Origin: Candidatus Hadarchaeota archaeon
GTDB taxonomy: Archaea > Hadarchaeota > Hadarchaeia > Hadarchaeales > JAGGTB01
DNA length: 64,000 bases
Direction: 5' to 3'
Assembly (NCBI GenBank): GCA_964384105.1
Contig: CAYLJV010000001.1
Coordinates: 640,001 to 704,000 of the forward strand
This document shows, one piece after another, positions 1 through 8,582 of the stretch. The notes beneath the pieces are model-generated. The model was not told the origin of the DNA. It made no database searches and was given only the letters and a program-made list of their open reading frames with translations. The position numbers and the translations under genes were made by a program. Within the stretch, counting starts at the first letter, position 1; every line of letters starts with the position of its first letter.

Positions 1-22
1 TAAAATTTACTCAAAGTTTTTC

Positions 23-247
23 TCATGATTTTCTAATTTCTACCTCAACTTCACCGCCGTGAATTTTTAGTATTCCTGCTTCAGCCTCTATTTCTGAATG
101 CTTGTCTTTGAATTCTTCTGGGAGTCCTCTGTATTCTTTAGGCGTAATAATAATCTTTATATCCTCTCTTTCGAATCCAGAGTCGAATAAAAGCTTTAAA
201 GTTTCTTTTAAATTGCTTATATCTCCTAACTCTAGCTCTATCCTCAA
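23..247 (-). CDS. small hypothetical protein (74 aa)
   Basis: TTG start preceded by Shine-Dalgarno GAGGTGA; Glu/Lys/Ile-rich composition like neighbouring genes; no recognisable motif. Confidence 0.6.
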   Translation of the reverse strand: MRIELELGDISNLKETLKLLFDSGFEREDIKIIITPKEYRGLPEEFKDKHSEIEAEAGILKIHGGEVEVEIRKS

Positions 248-492
248 AAAATCACCTCTTGGTTATTGTTTATCTTTCCCATCCTTAATCATATTTCTGC
301 AAGGATGAGGTTATAGGGATATGACTAATCATCAATCTGCCTTTGTTTTGTGAAGGGTATCTCCTAACGGCTTTTAATTAAAAATGTAAAAAATGGGTTT
401 AGAAATTGCAAATAATTTGGGGTCTCTATGGCATAAACTAAAGCGTTAGACTGTAGGAAATAAAAGAAAAAAGTTTTGAGTGATGTTTTACT

Positions 493-843
493 TCATTTAG
501 ACCCAAACTCTTCTAAAGCTTCTTTAAGTTTGGTTGAGTAGGCGAGGGCGGGTCCACCACCCATCAAAGTGGCTACTGTGGCTACTTCAGTTATCTCATC
601 TTCGGTAGCTCCAGCATCTAGCGCCTTTTTTGTATGAAGACTGATGCAGTATTTGCACCTTGCTGAGATTCCTATGCCTAGAGCGATGAGCTCCTTGGTC
701 TTTGTGTCAAGAGCACCTTCTTCTAAAACAGAATCCATAAAAGCCTTGAACTTTTTCATTGGATCTTTTTTCTTTTTCGTTAAAAATTTGAAACACTCAT
801 GGAATTCATCTATGCATTCTTTTGCTTCTCCCAAGAGAAACAC
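493..843 (-). CDS. carboxymuconolactone decarboxylase / AhpD-like protein
   Basis: GALDTKTKELIALG...CKYC..H...A...GAT..EI.E...VA..MGGGPA pattern with CxxC; SD AGGAGGTG suggests the true start is TTG at 834. Confidence 0.85.
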   Translation of the reverse strand: MFLLGEAKECIDEFHECFKFLTKKKKDPMKKFKAFMDSVLEEGALDTKTKELIALGIGISARCKYCISLHTKKALDAGATEDEITEVATVATLMGGGPALAYSTKLKEALEEFGSK

Positions 844-1005
844 CTCCTTTTATCTATTGGTATAAGATTGGTATGTCATTACCATCTGTTAAAGTATTCG
901 GAGATTAGAATATTTTAATATTCAGTTTCCTATAAGAGGTTTACCGGAACAAATAAAGGGGTGTAATTAAGCTAAAAATTAGGAAAGGAGAGCTGGATTG
1001 ATATA

Positions 1006-1791
1006 ATGAATAGAGGTTTAGACGAATCTGAGATTACACGAATAATTCTGGAAGAATTTGTGGATGAATTCGGAAAAAAAGTTGAGGTAGATGTAGCCAT
1101 AGTTGGGGCGGGGCCGTCTGGGATGACTGCAGCTAGATATCTTGCAAGAGATGGCTATAATGTAGTCATTTTAGAAAGAAAACTTAGTATTGGTGGTGGG
1201 ATGTGGGGTGGTGGAATGGCTTTCCCTGTTGCCGTGATACAGCCAAAAGCAAAGGAAATAGTCGAGGAGAACGGAGTGAGACTAAAGGAGAGAGACGGCT
1301 ACTATGTTGTGGATTGTATTGAAATGGCGGCTAAAGTCGCAGCGACTACTACCGATGCTGGAGCAAAAATTTTCAATAATATAACCGTGGAGGATGTTAT
1401 GATTAGAGAAGACGATCGGGTGAATGGGGTAGTGATAAATTGGTCCTCAGTTTTATTGGCAGGACTTCATGTTGACCCTCTCTCAATTAAGTCGGATGTA
1501 GTAATTGACTCTTCAGGTCATGATGCCGAATTACTTAGAGTTATACGGAAAAAAATCCCTGATGCAGAATCAAAATTTCAGATTAGTTATCCTGGAGTAG
1601 AGAGATCGATGTGGGCAGATAGGGGAGAGGAAGAGGTTGTTAAGAATACTAGAGAGGTTTATCCTGGGGTTATAGTGTCAGGTATGGCTGCAAATGCGGC
1701 TTTTAGATCTCCAAGAATGGGTCCTATATTCGGTGGAATGTTTTTGTCCGGGAAGAAAGCGGCAGAGGAAGCAAAAAAACTGCTGGAATAA
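1006..1791 (+). CDS. thi4: sulfide-dependent adenosine-diphosphate thiazole synthase (His-type Thi4)
   Basis: VGAGPSG dinucleotide-binding motif, GGGMWGGG, LHVDP (His rather than Cys), SGHDA, PRMGPIFGGMFLSG. Confidence 0.95.
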   Translation: MNRGLDESEITRIILEEFVDEFGKKVEVDVAIVGAGPSGMTAARYLARDGYNVVILERKLSIGGGMWGGGMAFPVAVIQPKAKEIVEENGVRLKERDGYYVVDCIEMAAKVAATTTDAGAKIFNNITVEDVMIREDDRVNGVVINWSSVLLAGLHVDPLSIKSDVVIDSSGHDAELLRVIRKKIPDAESKFQISYPGVERSMWADRGEEEVVKNTREVYPGVIVSGMAANAAFRSPRMGPIFGGMFLSGKKAAEEAKKLLE

Positions 1792-1818
1792 GAATAGTAG
1801 AATAAGATCATAATTAGA

Positions 1819-2799
1819 GTGTCGAAATTGACTATTGAACATGGTATCTGGGTTGAAAAGTATCGTCCACAAAAACTGGAGGATATAGTAGGACAAGACC
1901 CGATAGTGGAAAGGCTAAAAACTTTCGTGGAGGAACAATCGCTTCCACATCTTCTTTTCGCTGGCCCACCGGGGAACGGAAAGACAACTGCAGCGTTATG
2001 TATAGCAAAGGAATTATTTGGTAAGGGATGGAAACAGAATTTTTTAGAACTTAACGCTTCTGATGAGCGTGGGATTGACACTGTCAGAACTAGGATAAAA
2101 GATTACGCTAGAACCCGGCCAGTTGGTGATGTTCCATATAAACTAATATATTTAGATGAATCGGACGCTTTGACTTCTCAAGCGCAGCATGCTTTAAGGA
2201 GAACAATGGAAATGTATTCAAAAACTTGTCGATTCATCCTGGCCTGTAATTATTCGAGTAAGATCATCGAGCCGATACAATCAAGGTGTGCTGTCTTTAG
2301 ATTTAGAAGGCTAGGAAAGGATGGAATTGCGGAAGTCCTAAAAAAGATTGCAAAAAACGAGGATTTGAATCTAAAAGAGAGCGGGATAGATGCGATTATA
2401 TACGTTTCTGAAGGTGACATGCGAAGAGCAATAAATGTTCTACAAGCTGCGGCTGCTTTAAGAGAAGAGATCAATGAAGACGTAATCTATCAGGTTAGTG
2501 CCACTGCTAGTCCAGGTGAGGTTAAAGAAATGATGAGATTAGCTTTGGATGGAAATTTTGAGGATGCAAGAAAAAAGCTAAACGATCTTACTATCAATCA
2601 GGGGCTTGCTGGGGATGATATCTTACAACAGATACATCGAGAGATTTTTGACATGGAGATACCTGAGCCGATGAAAGTGAATCTTATAGATAAAATTGGT
2701 GAATACGATTTTAGGTTGGTGGAGGGTGCAAATGAGAGAATTCAGTTAGAAGCTGCTTTAGCTTATCTAGCAAGAATTGGGAATAGAATGAAAACTTAA
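1819..2799 (+). CDS. rfcS: replication factor C small subunit
   Basis: WVEKYRP, Walker A GPPGNGKT, ELNASDERG, Walker B LDESD, SRC arginine finger, GDMRRAIN. Confidence 0.97.
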   Translation: MSKLTIEHGIWVEKYRPQKLEDIVGQDPIVERLKTFVEEQSLPHLLFAGPPGNGKTTAALCIAKELFGKGWKQNFLELNASDERGIDTVRTRIKDYARTRPVGDVPYKLIYLDESDALTSQAQHALRRTMEMYSKTCRFILACNYSSKIIEPIQSRCAVFRFRRLGKDGIAEVLKKIAKNEDLNLKESGIDAIIYVSEGDMRRAINVLQAAAALREEINEDVIYQVSATASPGEVKEMMRLALDGNFEDARKKLNDLTINQGLAGDDILQQIHREIFDMEIPEPMKVNLIDKIGEYDFRLVEGANERIQLEAALAYLARIGNRMKT

Positions 2800-3581
2800 T
2801 TGCTCGAATAGTACTGGATTAGATTGACTGTTTCATAGCCATCTAGATTCGCTAGATGCGCTGCTTTGTTTAGTGCATCTTGATAGTTTCCTAGATTGTC
2901 GATCAGATTTAATTGAAGCGCTTCTGATCCATATACTACCGATCCATCTTTTAGAGATTCTACATAGGGTTCTATTTGTGGTCTATTATTCTCAATTCTT
3001 GAGAATAATTGGTCTGATAGGTCTTCAATCATTTTTTGTATTTTTTCGTTTTCTTCTGGGGTCGGGCTCCTCCAAGGGGCATAGGTATCCTTTTGCTCTC
3101 CGCTTTTCCATACGAAGAATTCTATCCCGATGTTTTCGTAATACTTTTCGTAACTGACCCATACGGAGATGACTCCAAGTCCTCCCGTAACTGTTTGATC
3201 CCAAGCATAAAGATAGTCAGAGGCTGAGGCTATTAGGTAGGCGCCAGATGCTCCATACTCTTCCAAGTTTGCAACTACCGGTTTTTCTTCCTTTAGTCTA
3301 GATATTGATGATTCGGCTTGGAAACAACCTGTTACTGCGCCACCCGGGCTGTTTATCCTAAGAACCACTGCTTTTATGGAAGAATCATCTCTTGCTTTTT
3401 CTATTAGGTTTGCATATCGAAAATCTGTGATTTCTCCTGTTATATTTATTACACCGACTTTTGGTTCTTCTTTAAATTTTGCTATATAGACAGAAGTGGC
3501 CCCGATTATGATCACGATAAGTACTATCGCCACCAACGCAAATTTTTTAGTATTGCTTCTTTTTCTTTTCATCTTTACCAA
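2796..3581 (-). CDS. sppA: signal peptide peptidase SppA (S49), short membrane-anchored form
   Basis: N-terminal TM helix; IKAVVLRINSPGG, GASGAY (catalytic Ser), KSG.QKD (Lys), LID.LG. Confidence 0.88.
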   Translation of the reverse strand: MVKMKRKRSNTKKFALVAIVLIVIIIGATSVYIAKFKEEPKVGVINITGEITDFRYANLIEKARDDSSIKAVVLRINSPGGAVTGCFQAESSISRLKEEKPVVANLEEYGASGAYLIASASDYLYAWDQTVTGGLGVISVWVSYEKYYENIGIEFFVWKSGEQKDTYAPWRSPTPEENEKIQKMIEDLSDQLFSRIENNRPQIEPYVESLKDGSVVYGSEALQLNLIDNLGNYQDALNKAAHLANLDGYETVNLIQYYSSN

Positions 3582-3656
3582 TAAAACATTTCTAGAAACT
3601 ATTTAATGAATTCTTTATTTTTTCGGTTAGTGAAGCATTTGTAGTTTATAAGTGGA

Positions 3657-4034
3657 CTAAGTACTGGTCTTTAGTGCTTTTCCAATTCTTTCTACTAAGT
3701 CTTCGGAATTGAATGGTTTATGAATGAAATCTGATATTTTTAGTTTTTCTAGCTTATCCTTTTCGATCTCACGCTTTTTTGCAATAGTCAAAAATATTAT
3801 TTTAATGTCTTTTAGACCTAGTTCTTTTCTGATCTTTTGGGCAAGTTCTAGTCCACTCGTTTCTGGCATAAAGACATCAATCAGCAGTAGATCTATATCC
3901 TGTTTTTTGACTATTTTCAAAGCTTCGTCGCTGCTATTTGCAGTTGTGACCTTATATTCTTTTGATTCGAGTATTTTACACACTACTTTTAGGATACCAG
4001 GAACATCGTCTACAACTAAAATATGACCATTCAT
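3657..4034 (-). CDS. single-domain response regulator (CheY-like receiver)
   Basis: ILVVDD, LLLID(V)FMP phospho-acceptor Asp, SGLE, IFLT, KPF; no output domain. Confidence 0.95.
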   Translation of the reverse strand: MNGHILVVDDVPGILKVVCKILESKEYKVTTANSSDEALKIVKKQDIDLLLIDVFMPETSGLELAQKIRKELGLKDIKIIFLTIAKKREIEKDKLEKLKISDFIHKPFNSEDLVERIGKALKTST

Positions 4035-4042
4035 GAACTCAA

Positions 4043-5647
4043 CTATTTTGGGGGAAGAGTAAAATAAAAGGTTGTTCCCTTCTTGTCGTTGGATTCAACC
4101 CATATTTCTCCATCATGTGCTTCTATGAGTGATTTGCAGATATTTAGACCTAAACCGCATCCTTCTTGTGAATGGTCGATCTGGTGAAATTTTTGGAAAA
4201 TCCTTTTCGTTTCTTTTTTCGGAATTTTATTCCCTGGATTATTTATCGAAAATTTGATTTTCCCTGACTTTTCCTCTAAAAAAATTCTTATTTTTTTGTT
4301 TTCTGATCTGTATTGTATCGCGTTGTCTATTAGTTCACTTAAAACAAATCTTATTTTTTCTTTATCAGCCTTTATTTTAGAGCTCTTCTCTATTTCTGTT
4401 TCGAGTTCGATTTTTTTGCTTTTTTCTTCTAATATTTCTTGAATTAGTTTCGATAGATCAACGTTAGTTTTTTCTAGTTTCAAAGATCCAGATTCGATTC
4501 TGGAAGCCTCGAGTATCTTCTCCACTGATTTTTCTTGTCTTCTGATAGCCAGCTCTATCTCTTGTAGGAGATCTCTGTTATCCTCATTTAATTCTTCAGA
4601 TAAATTCTGGAGAAGGAGGTCTATGTTTGCCCTCATTACTGTAATGGGTGTTTTCAACTCATGAGCACTCATCGCAATAAAGTTGTCTTTCATTTCGTCT
4701 AGTTCTTTTAGTTCTTCGTAGGCTTTTCTTAGTTCTGCAGTTCTCTCTTTGACTTTTTGCTCCAGTTCTTCTCTACTTAGCAATTTTAGTTTTTCTTTTT
4801 CTAGAGTCTCTTCAGGCGTTGATTTTATTATCTCCTTAAAGTTTGACAACAGTTCTTCTTCTTTTACTATACCGCTTTTTCGAAAGTATTGAAAATTTTT
4901 TTCTATGGTATCTTTGATTGACGTTCGATCAATGTTTTTTTTAAAGATGGAAATACAGCGTTCCACAACTCTTGAAAGCTCTAATCTGACCTGTTCAGTA
5001 ATTTCTTTTTCAGGTAGATTTTTGGTCTTTAGATATATTTCTCTGAAATCTATTTCTTTATCTTTTAGTGATATTTCGAAGGTTTCTATGTCTGTTTTTT
5101 TCAGTGCACTCTGAATGTTCTCAATATTTTTCTCTGTGCTTTTATCGAGAAGGGAGTCTATTATTTTTTTAGAAAGTAAAAATGCTACATTCCGATATTT
5201 GATAGTTCTAGCTTTTTTGTCCTCTAAGTAATCTATAACTTTATTTTGAATTACTAGTTTACGATGTTTTGCTGTTATCTTTTTTAACCAATTTATGGCT
5301 CTTTTTTCACCTTCATGTTTCTTTAGGATCTCGTACGTATTAACAAAAACTTCTTTAAACGAATCTATTTTCTGTATTTCTATTTCCTGTTTTTTGATAT
5401 ACTCGAGTGCGGAGGTGAGGGGGGAGAAGGATAGTAAGGGTTCAGAATTTCCTGTAGTTATTTTTACATCTTTTCCGTCGAATTTTGTTATCTTTCTGAT
5501 TCCAGCATTTTCTAAAAAGTTTTTATACTCTATGATTCCTTGTCCTAATTCTTTTCCGGATGAAGAATCCCATAATTCGTTTAGAAAAGTCTGCCAATGT
5601 TTTATAATCTCTGATTTTTGATGAATCGAGTTCGATTCCTTCTTCAT
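4043..5647 (-). CDS. soluble sensor histidine kinase with uncharacterised ~290-aa helical N-terminal region
   Basis: S-helix LEQKVKERTAEL, H-box SAHELKTPIT, N-box ELIDNAIQY, G1 NPGNKI, F-box IFQKF, G2 GCGLGL, GTTFYFTLP; no TM segment visible. Confidence 0.93.
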   Translation of the reverse strand: MKKESNSIHQKSEIIKHWQTFLNELWDSSSGKELGQGIIEYKNFLENAGIRKITKFDGKDVKITTGNSEPLLSFSPLTSALEYIKKQEIEIQKIDSFKEVFVNTYEILKKHEGEKRAINWLKKITAKHRKLVIQNKVIDYLEDKKARTIKYRNVAFLLSKKIIDSLLDKSTEKNIENIQSALKKTDIETFEISLKDKEIDFREIYLKTKNLPEKEITEQVRLELSRVVERCISIFKKNIDRTSIKDTIEKNFQYFRKSGIVKEEELLSNFKEIIKSTPEETLEKEKLKLLSREELEQKVKERTAELRKAYEELKELDEMKDNFIAMSAHELKTPITVMRANIDLLLQNLSEELNEDNRDLLQEIELAIRRQEKSVEKILEASRIESGSLKLEKTNVDLSKLIQEILEEKSKKIELETEIEKSSKIKADKEKIRFVLSELIDNAIQYRSENKKIRIFLEEKSGKIKFSINNPGNKIPKKETKRIFQKFHQIDHSQEGCGLGLNICKSLIEAHDGEIWVESNDKKGTTFYFTLPPK

Positions 5648-5657
5648 TTTTCTACCT

Positions 5658-6311
5658 TCACAGGGAGATAGCTCTTGCTATAAAAATGAATTTGACCATT
5701 GCGAGCCAACCTGCAAAGGGGGGAAATTCAGGGTTTTTAATGAGGATTAGATTAGTAAAAAATATTCCAATTGTGAAAATTAATATTCCTGTTCCGATAA
5801 GTTTGTATTTCCTTCTAAGCAATTTTAGTTCTAGGTGCTCTTTTAGAAAATAAAAGATGATTCCCAATATTAAAAATAGGTATAGAAATATTGTCCCAAA
5901 GAATACGGTAAAGTTTATTGTAGAGGCATCGTAGCTCCAACCCCATTTACTCCAGGAGATTATTGGATCAAGGAAATAAACTGAAATTACTGAGGGTATT
6001 GATAATAATAGGGTAGCTAAATATTGGTTTTTCCATTTGCGAATAGATAGAATCGACAGAAGAAGTAATGGAAAAGCAAAAGTACCTAAATATAAACTAT
6101 TTTTGAAAAACAGAGAAGAAAGATGGGCAGTGGCGGCATTTCTATGTAAAAAGATAAGTGAGAGCCAGAGTATAATACAGATTCCATAACCTGAGAAAAA
6201 TAAGTGAGTTTTGCTCCTTGGATTTTTATGTAGTAGATATACTGTGAGGGCCAGTGAAACAATTGCACCAATTATATATTGAAGCGTCCAAGGGGTAAAA
6301 TACCATGCCAT
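5658..6311 (-). CDS. stand-alone 7TM sensor domain (resembles HisKA_7TM N-terminal receptor region)
   Basis: About seven hydrophobic segments; opening W.FTPW.L..IIGAIVSL.L..Y...KNPRSK....F typical of kinase-associated 7TM domains; sits immediately upstream of the kinase. Confidence 0.72.
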   Translation of the reverse strand: MAWYFTPWTLQYIIGAIVSLALTVYLLHKNPRSKTHLFFSGYGICIILWLSLIFLHRNAATAHLSSLFFKNSLYLGTFAFPLLLLSILSIRKWKNQYLATLLLSIPSVISVYFLDPIISWSKWGWSYDASTINFTVFFGTIFLYLFLILGIIFYFLKEHLELKLLRRKYKLIGTGILIFTIGIFFTNLILIKNPEFPPFAGWLAMVKFIFIARAISL

Positions 6312-6314
6312 TTC

Positions 6315-7835
6315 TTAAAGTGACCTCAAAGTTTTTGCGATATCTTTATTTTTAGGTGGGATGATCCGAGGTGGTTTCATCTGTCCAATCGGTACCCCCT
6401 CTTTTTCTCGAATGGCCGAATACTTTGCGAAGGCTCCTTGACTTAGATATTCTACATGTATTGCTTCCTCGGGCTCTTTTATTCCAAAGTCGGTAACATA
6501 ATTTTCGAAGTCCTGTGAGGTCTCCTTTAATGATTTGAACAAAGCTTCTGAGGCTTCTTGTTCAGTTAGATTCCAATTTTCTTCTTCGGTCATGAATATC
6601 AACCGTTCTTTTTCTCCATAGCTTTCCTTCGCGACTGCCCAGTTGGTAGCATTATTTAATCCTGCGTTTTTGATTGTTTGAGAGGCCATACGTTTTGATA
6701 ATCTGAAATAGCCGTATAGGTTGATTAACTCCTTTTTTCTACCTTCGAATTCGAAATAAGGCATTCCATTACTGTCGAAATCTACTACTCTTAATAGATC
6801 ACCTGGTCGGTATCTCATCAACATTTCGTTAAAGGGGCTTACAACGACTTCGTAGACTTTATCTTTCTTCAATTCATCGATCTTTTTGATTTCATTGTCT
6901 TCATCTATAAATTCAAAATAACATGCTTTTAGACAGGGTATCAGCTTTTCTTTTCTTTCAGGCGTTCCAATCATTAAAATGCCAGCTTCCGAGTTGGCAT
7001 ACAGGTTGAGGGGAGTTAAATTCAGTTTCTTTTCGAAGAATTTTAGATAAGGTGCAGGGTCAGATCCAGATGTAAATATTCCTTTTAATTTAGATATTTC
7101 GTTTATTTTTCTCCCACTTTTTTCTTCCAGTTTTTCAATAATGAATTTGAGTAGAGACGGAACACCAGCTGCTATGTGGATATTTTTTTCCAAAATAGTT
7201 TTGCTTATGATTTTAATTTTCTCCCTCATATCGTTTGTTTTTTCTATAGTCTCTGGAGAGGGAACCAATTCAAAGAGATTCTTCCAAGTTGCCATAAAGA
7301 AGCTTCCTCCATACGGGGGTGGAGCGCCTAAAAATAGTATCCTATCTCCTTCTTCGGCTTCCGTATTCCCTTTTCCTGAACTACAGCCTATGAGAACACT
7401 CGCAATCGATAGCTCGGTATAATTTTCCATTGCTTCCTTGGTGTGAATAGACCATTTTGGTTCTCCCGTTGTACCAGAGGTTTTAAGTGGAAAGTCGAAT
7501 TCACCAGGGAGCCATTCATTAATTGATGGATAAGCTTCGAGCGATATTCTGGAATAGTAATTCCATAAATTCTCATCTTCTTCTTGTTTTGTGTTCTCTA
7601 TAACTTCCTCTATTCTATTTCCAAAATTTTCCAACAGGGGATAATCTGAATATTCTGTTAAGGGCACGTCTTCTATGCTTTGAGGTTCTTTTTCGCACAG
7701 ATGTTTTGCAGTTTTAGTATTTTTCCATTTTCTAAAATGATCTTCTAATCTTTTCTTGTTGTACTTGCATTGTTCTTGGAAGGATTTTTCAAAAAAATGA
7801 TAATATTTCTCCCAAAGTTCCTCATTTGTGTTCAT
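6315..7835 (-). CDS. GH3-family acyl-acid amido synthetase (adenylate-forming enzyme)
   Basis: GH3 motif I TSGTTGEPK, motif II YANSEAG, motif III RYRPGD, N-terminal VPLT.YSDY, F.GR, C-terminal GQMKPPRI. Confidence 0.85.
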   Translation of the reverse strand: MNTNEELWEKYYHFFEKSFQEQCKYNKKRLEDHFRKWKNTKTAKHLCEKEPQSIEDVPLTEYSDYPLLENFGNRIEEVIENTKQEEDENLWNYYSRISLEAYPSINEWLPGEFDFPLKTSGTTGEPKWSIHTKEAMENYTELSIASVLIGCSSGKGNTEAEEGDRILFLGAPPPYGGSFFMATWKNLFELVPSPETIEKTNDMREKIKIISKTILEKNIHIAAGVPSLLKFIIEKLEEKSGRKINEISKLKGIFTSGSDPAPYLKFFEKKLNLTPLNLYANSEAGILMIGTPERKEKLIPCLKACYFEFIDEDNEIKKIDELKKDKVYEVVVSPFNEMLMRYRPGDLLRVVDFDSNGMPYFEFEGRKKELINLYGYFRLSKRMASQTIKNAGLNNATNWAVAKESYGEKERLIFMTEEENWNLTEQEASEALFKSLKETSQDFENYVTDFGIKEPEEAIHVEYLSQGAFAKYSAIREKEGVPIGQMKPPRIIPPKNKDIAKTLRSL

Positions 7836-7860
7836 CTAAATACTCTCCAGGGGGCTTGGA

Positions 7861-7878
7861 TATTAAAGGTAGTTCTCA
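7861..7878 (-). promoter_or_regulatory. putative BRE/TATA promoter of the GH3-7TM-HK-RR operon
   Basis: Minus strand reads GAGAACTACC-TTTAATA, with the TATA ending ~25 nt upstream of the GH3 ATG. Confidence 0.5.
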
Positions 7879-7944
7879 CTTTTATTATTACTTATCGAAT
7901 TGGAAATTTTGTGTCTTTGATGTGGTTTTTCTAAAGAATTTTCC

Positions 7945-8502
7945 TTACTCCAAGTTATCGGAAAGCTCTTTGTATATCTCAAAAAGACTGCTTTTGCTTA
8001 CTCCAGCTGCCTGAGAAATTTCTACTTCGCTACGCCATTCTCCGCAATCAATCGCAGCCATGTATATGGCAGCTGCAAGTATACCAGCTGGCTTTTTCCC
8101 ATAAGCAATCCCAAGATTCTCAGCTTTTTTTATTATGTTTATAGCTCTTCTTTGGCAAGTTTCTGAAAGGTTTAAATCTTCAGCTAATTGGGGAACTTGA
8201 GTGGATAAAATCCTGTCAAGGCCTGATTTTATCACTTTTTTTCCGGAGCCTAGCATTTCGCTAAATAGTTTGTCTGACCAGTCATCTTCTAGTTTATAAT
8301 TCTCTTTGGAATACTTTCTCAAAATATCCAAAGCTATTTTTTCTGGTTTTTTGTCAGGGCTATCTATTCTCTTTAATTTCCGCTCTAGCTCGTCGATCTC
8401 TTGTCTCAGCTCTTCATATTCATTTTTTCTATTAAGGTATTCTAGTGCTACTCCTATGTTTTTTCTGTTGTAAGATTCATCTTTGTTGTTCTTGTCATTC
8501 AT
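7945..8502 (-). CDS. truncated TFB-like protein (single C-terminal cyclin repeat behind a coiled coil)
   Basis: L.LSE....RA..I...A...G...GKKPAGI.AAAIYMAA...GE.RS..EI..AAGVS......YKEL matches the TFB second cyclin repeat; no Zn ribbon or first repeat. Confidence 0.8.
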   Translation of the reverse strand: MNDKNNKDESYNRKNIGVALEYLNRKNEYEELRQEIDELERKLKRIDSPDKKPEKIALDILRKYSKENYKLEDDWSDKLFSEMLGSGKKVIKSGLDRILSTQVPQLAEDLNLSETCQRRAINIIKKAENLGIAYGKKPAGILAAAIYMAAIDCGEWRSEVEISQAAGVSKSSLFEIYKELSDNLE

Positions 8503-8582
8503 AGTTTTCCCTCTAAAATGCTAGTAGAAGTATTCTTTTTGATACTTAGTAAATTCGAAGTAATATTTTGTGAATATTTTAT

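Noticed and set aside
248-492. Possible structured leader or C/D sRNA (CATCCTT/AAGGATG stem, a TGATGA on the minus strand)
   Set aside because: Only one 7-bp stem and no properly placed D box (CTGA); insufficient support.
844-1005. TPP riboswitch upstream of thi4
   Set aside because: No CUGAGA or other TPP aptamer core; the region is AT-rich. Only a palindrome GAATATT-TT-AATATTC (908-923) is present, which may be chance at this composition.
5640-5665. 7TM and kinase as one frameshifted pseudogene
   Set aside because: The kinase has its own ATG with an SD-like sequence, and the 7TM ORF ends cleanly after its last helix; treated as two genes pending a read check.
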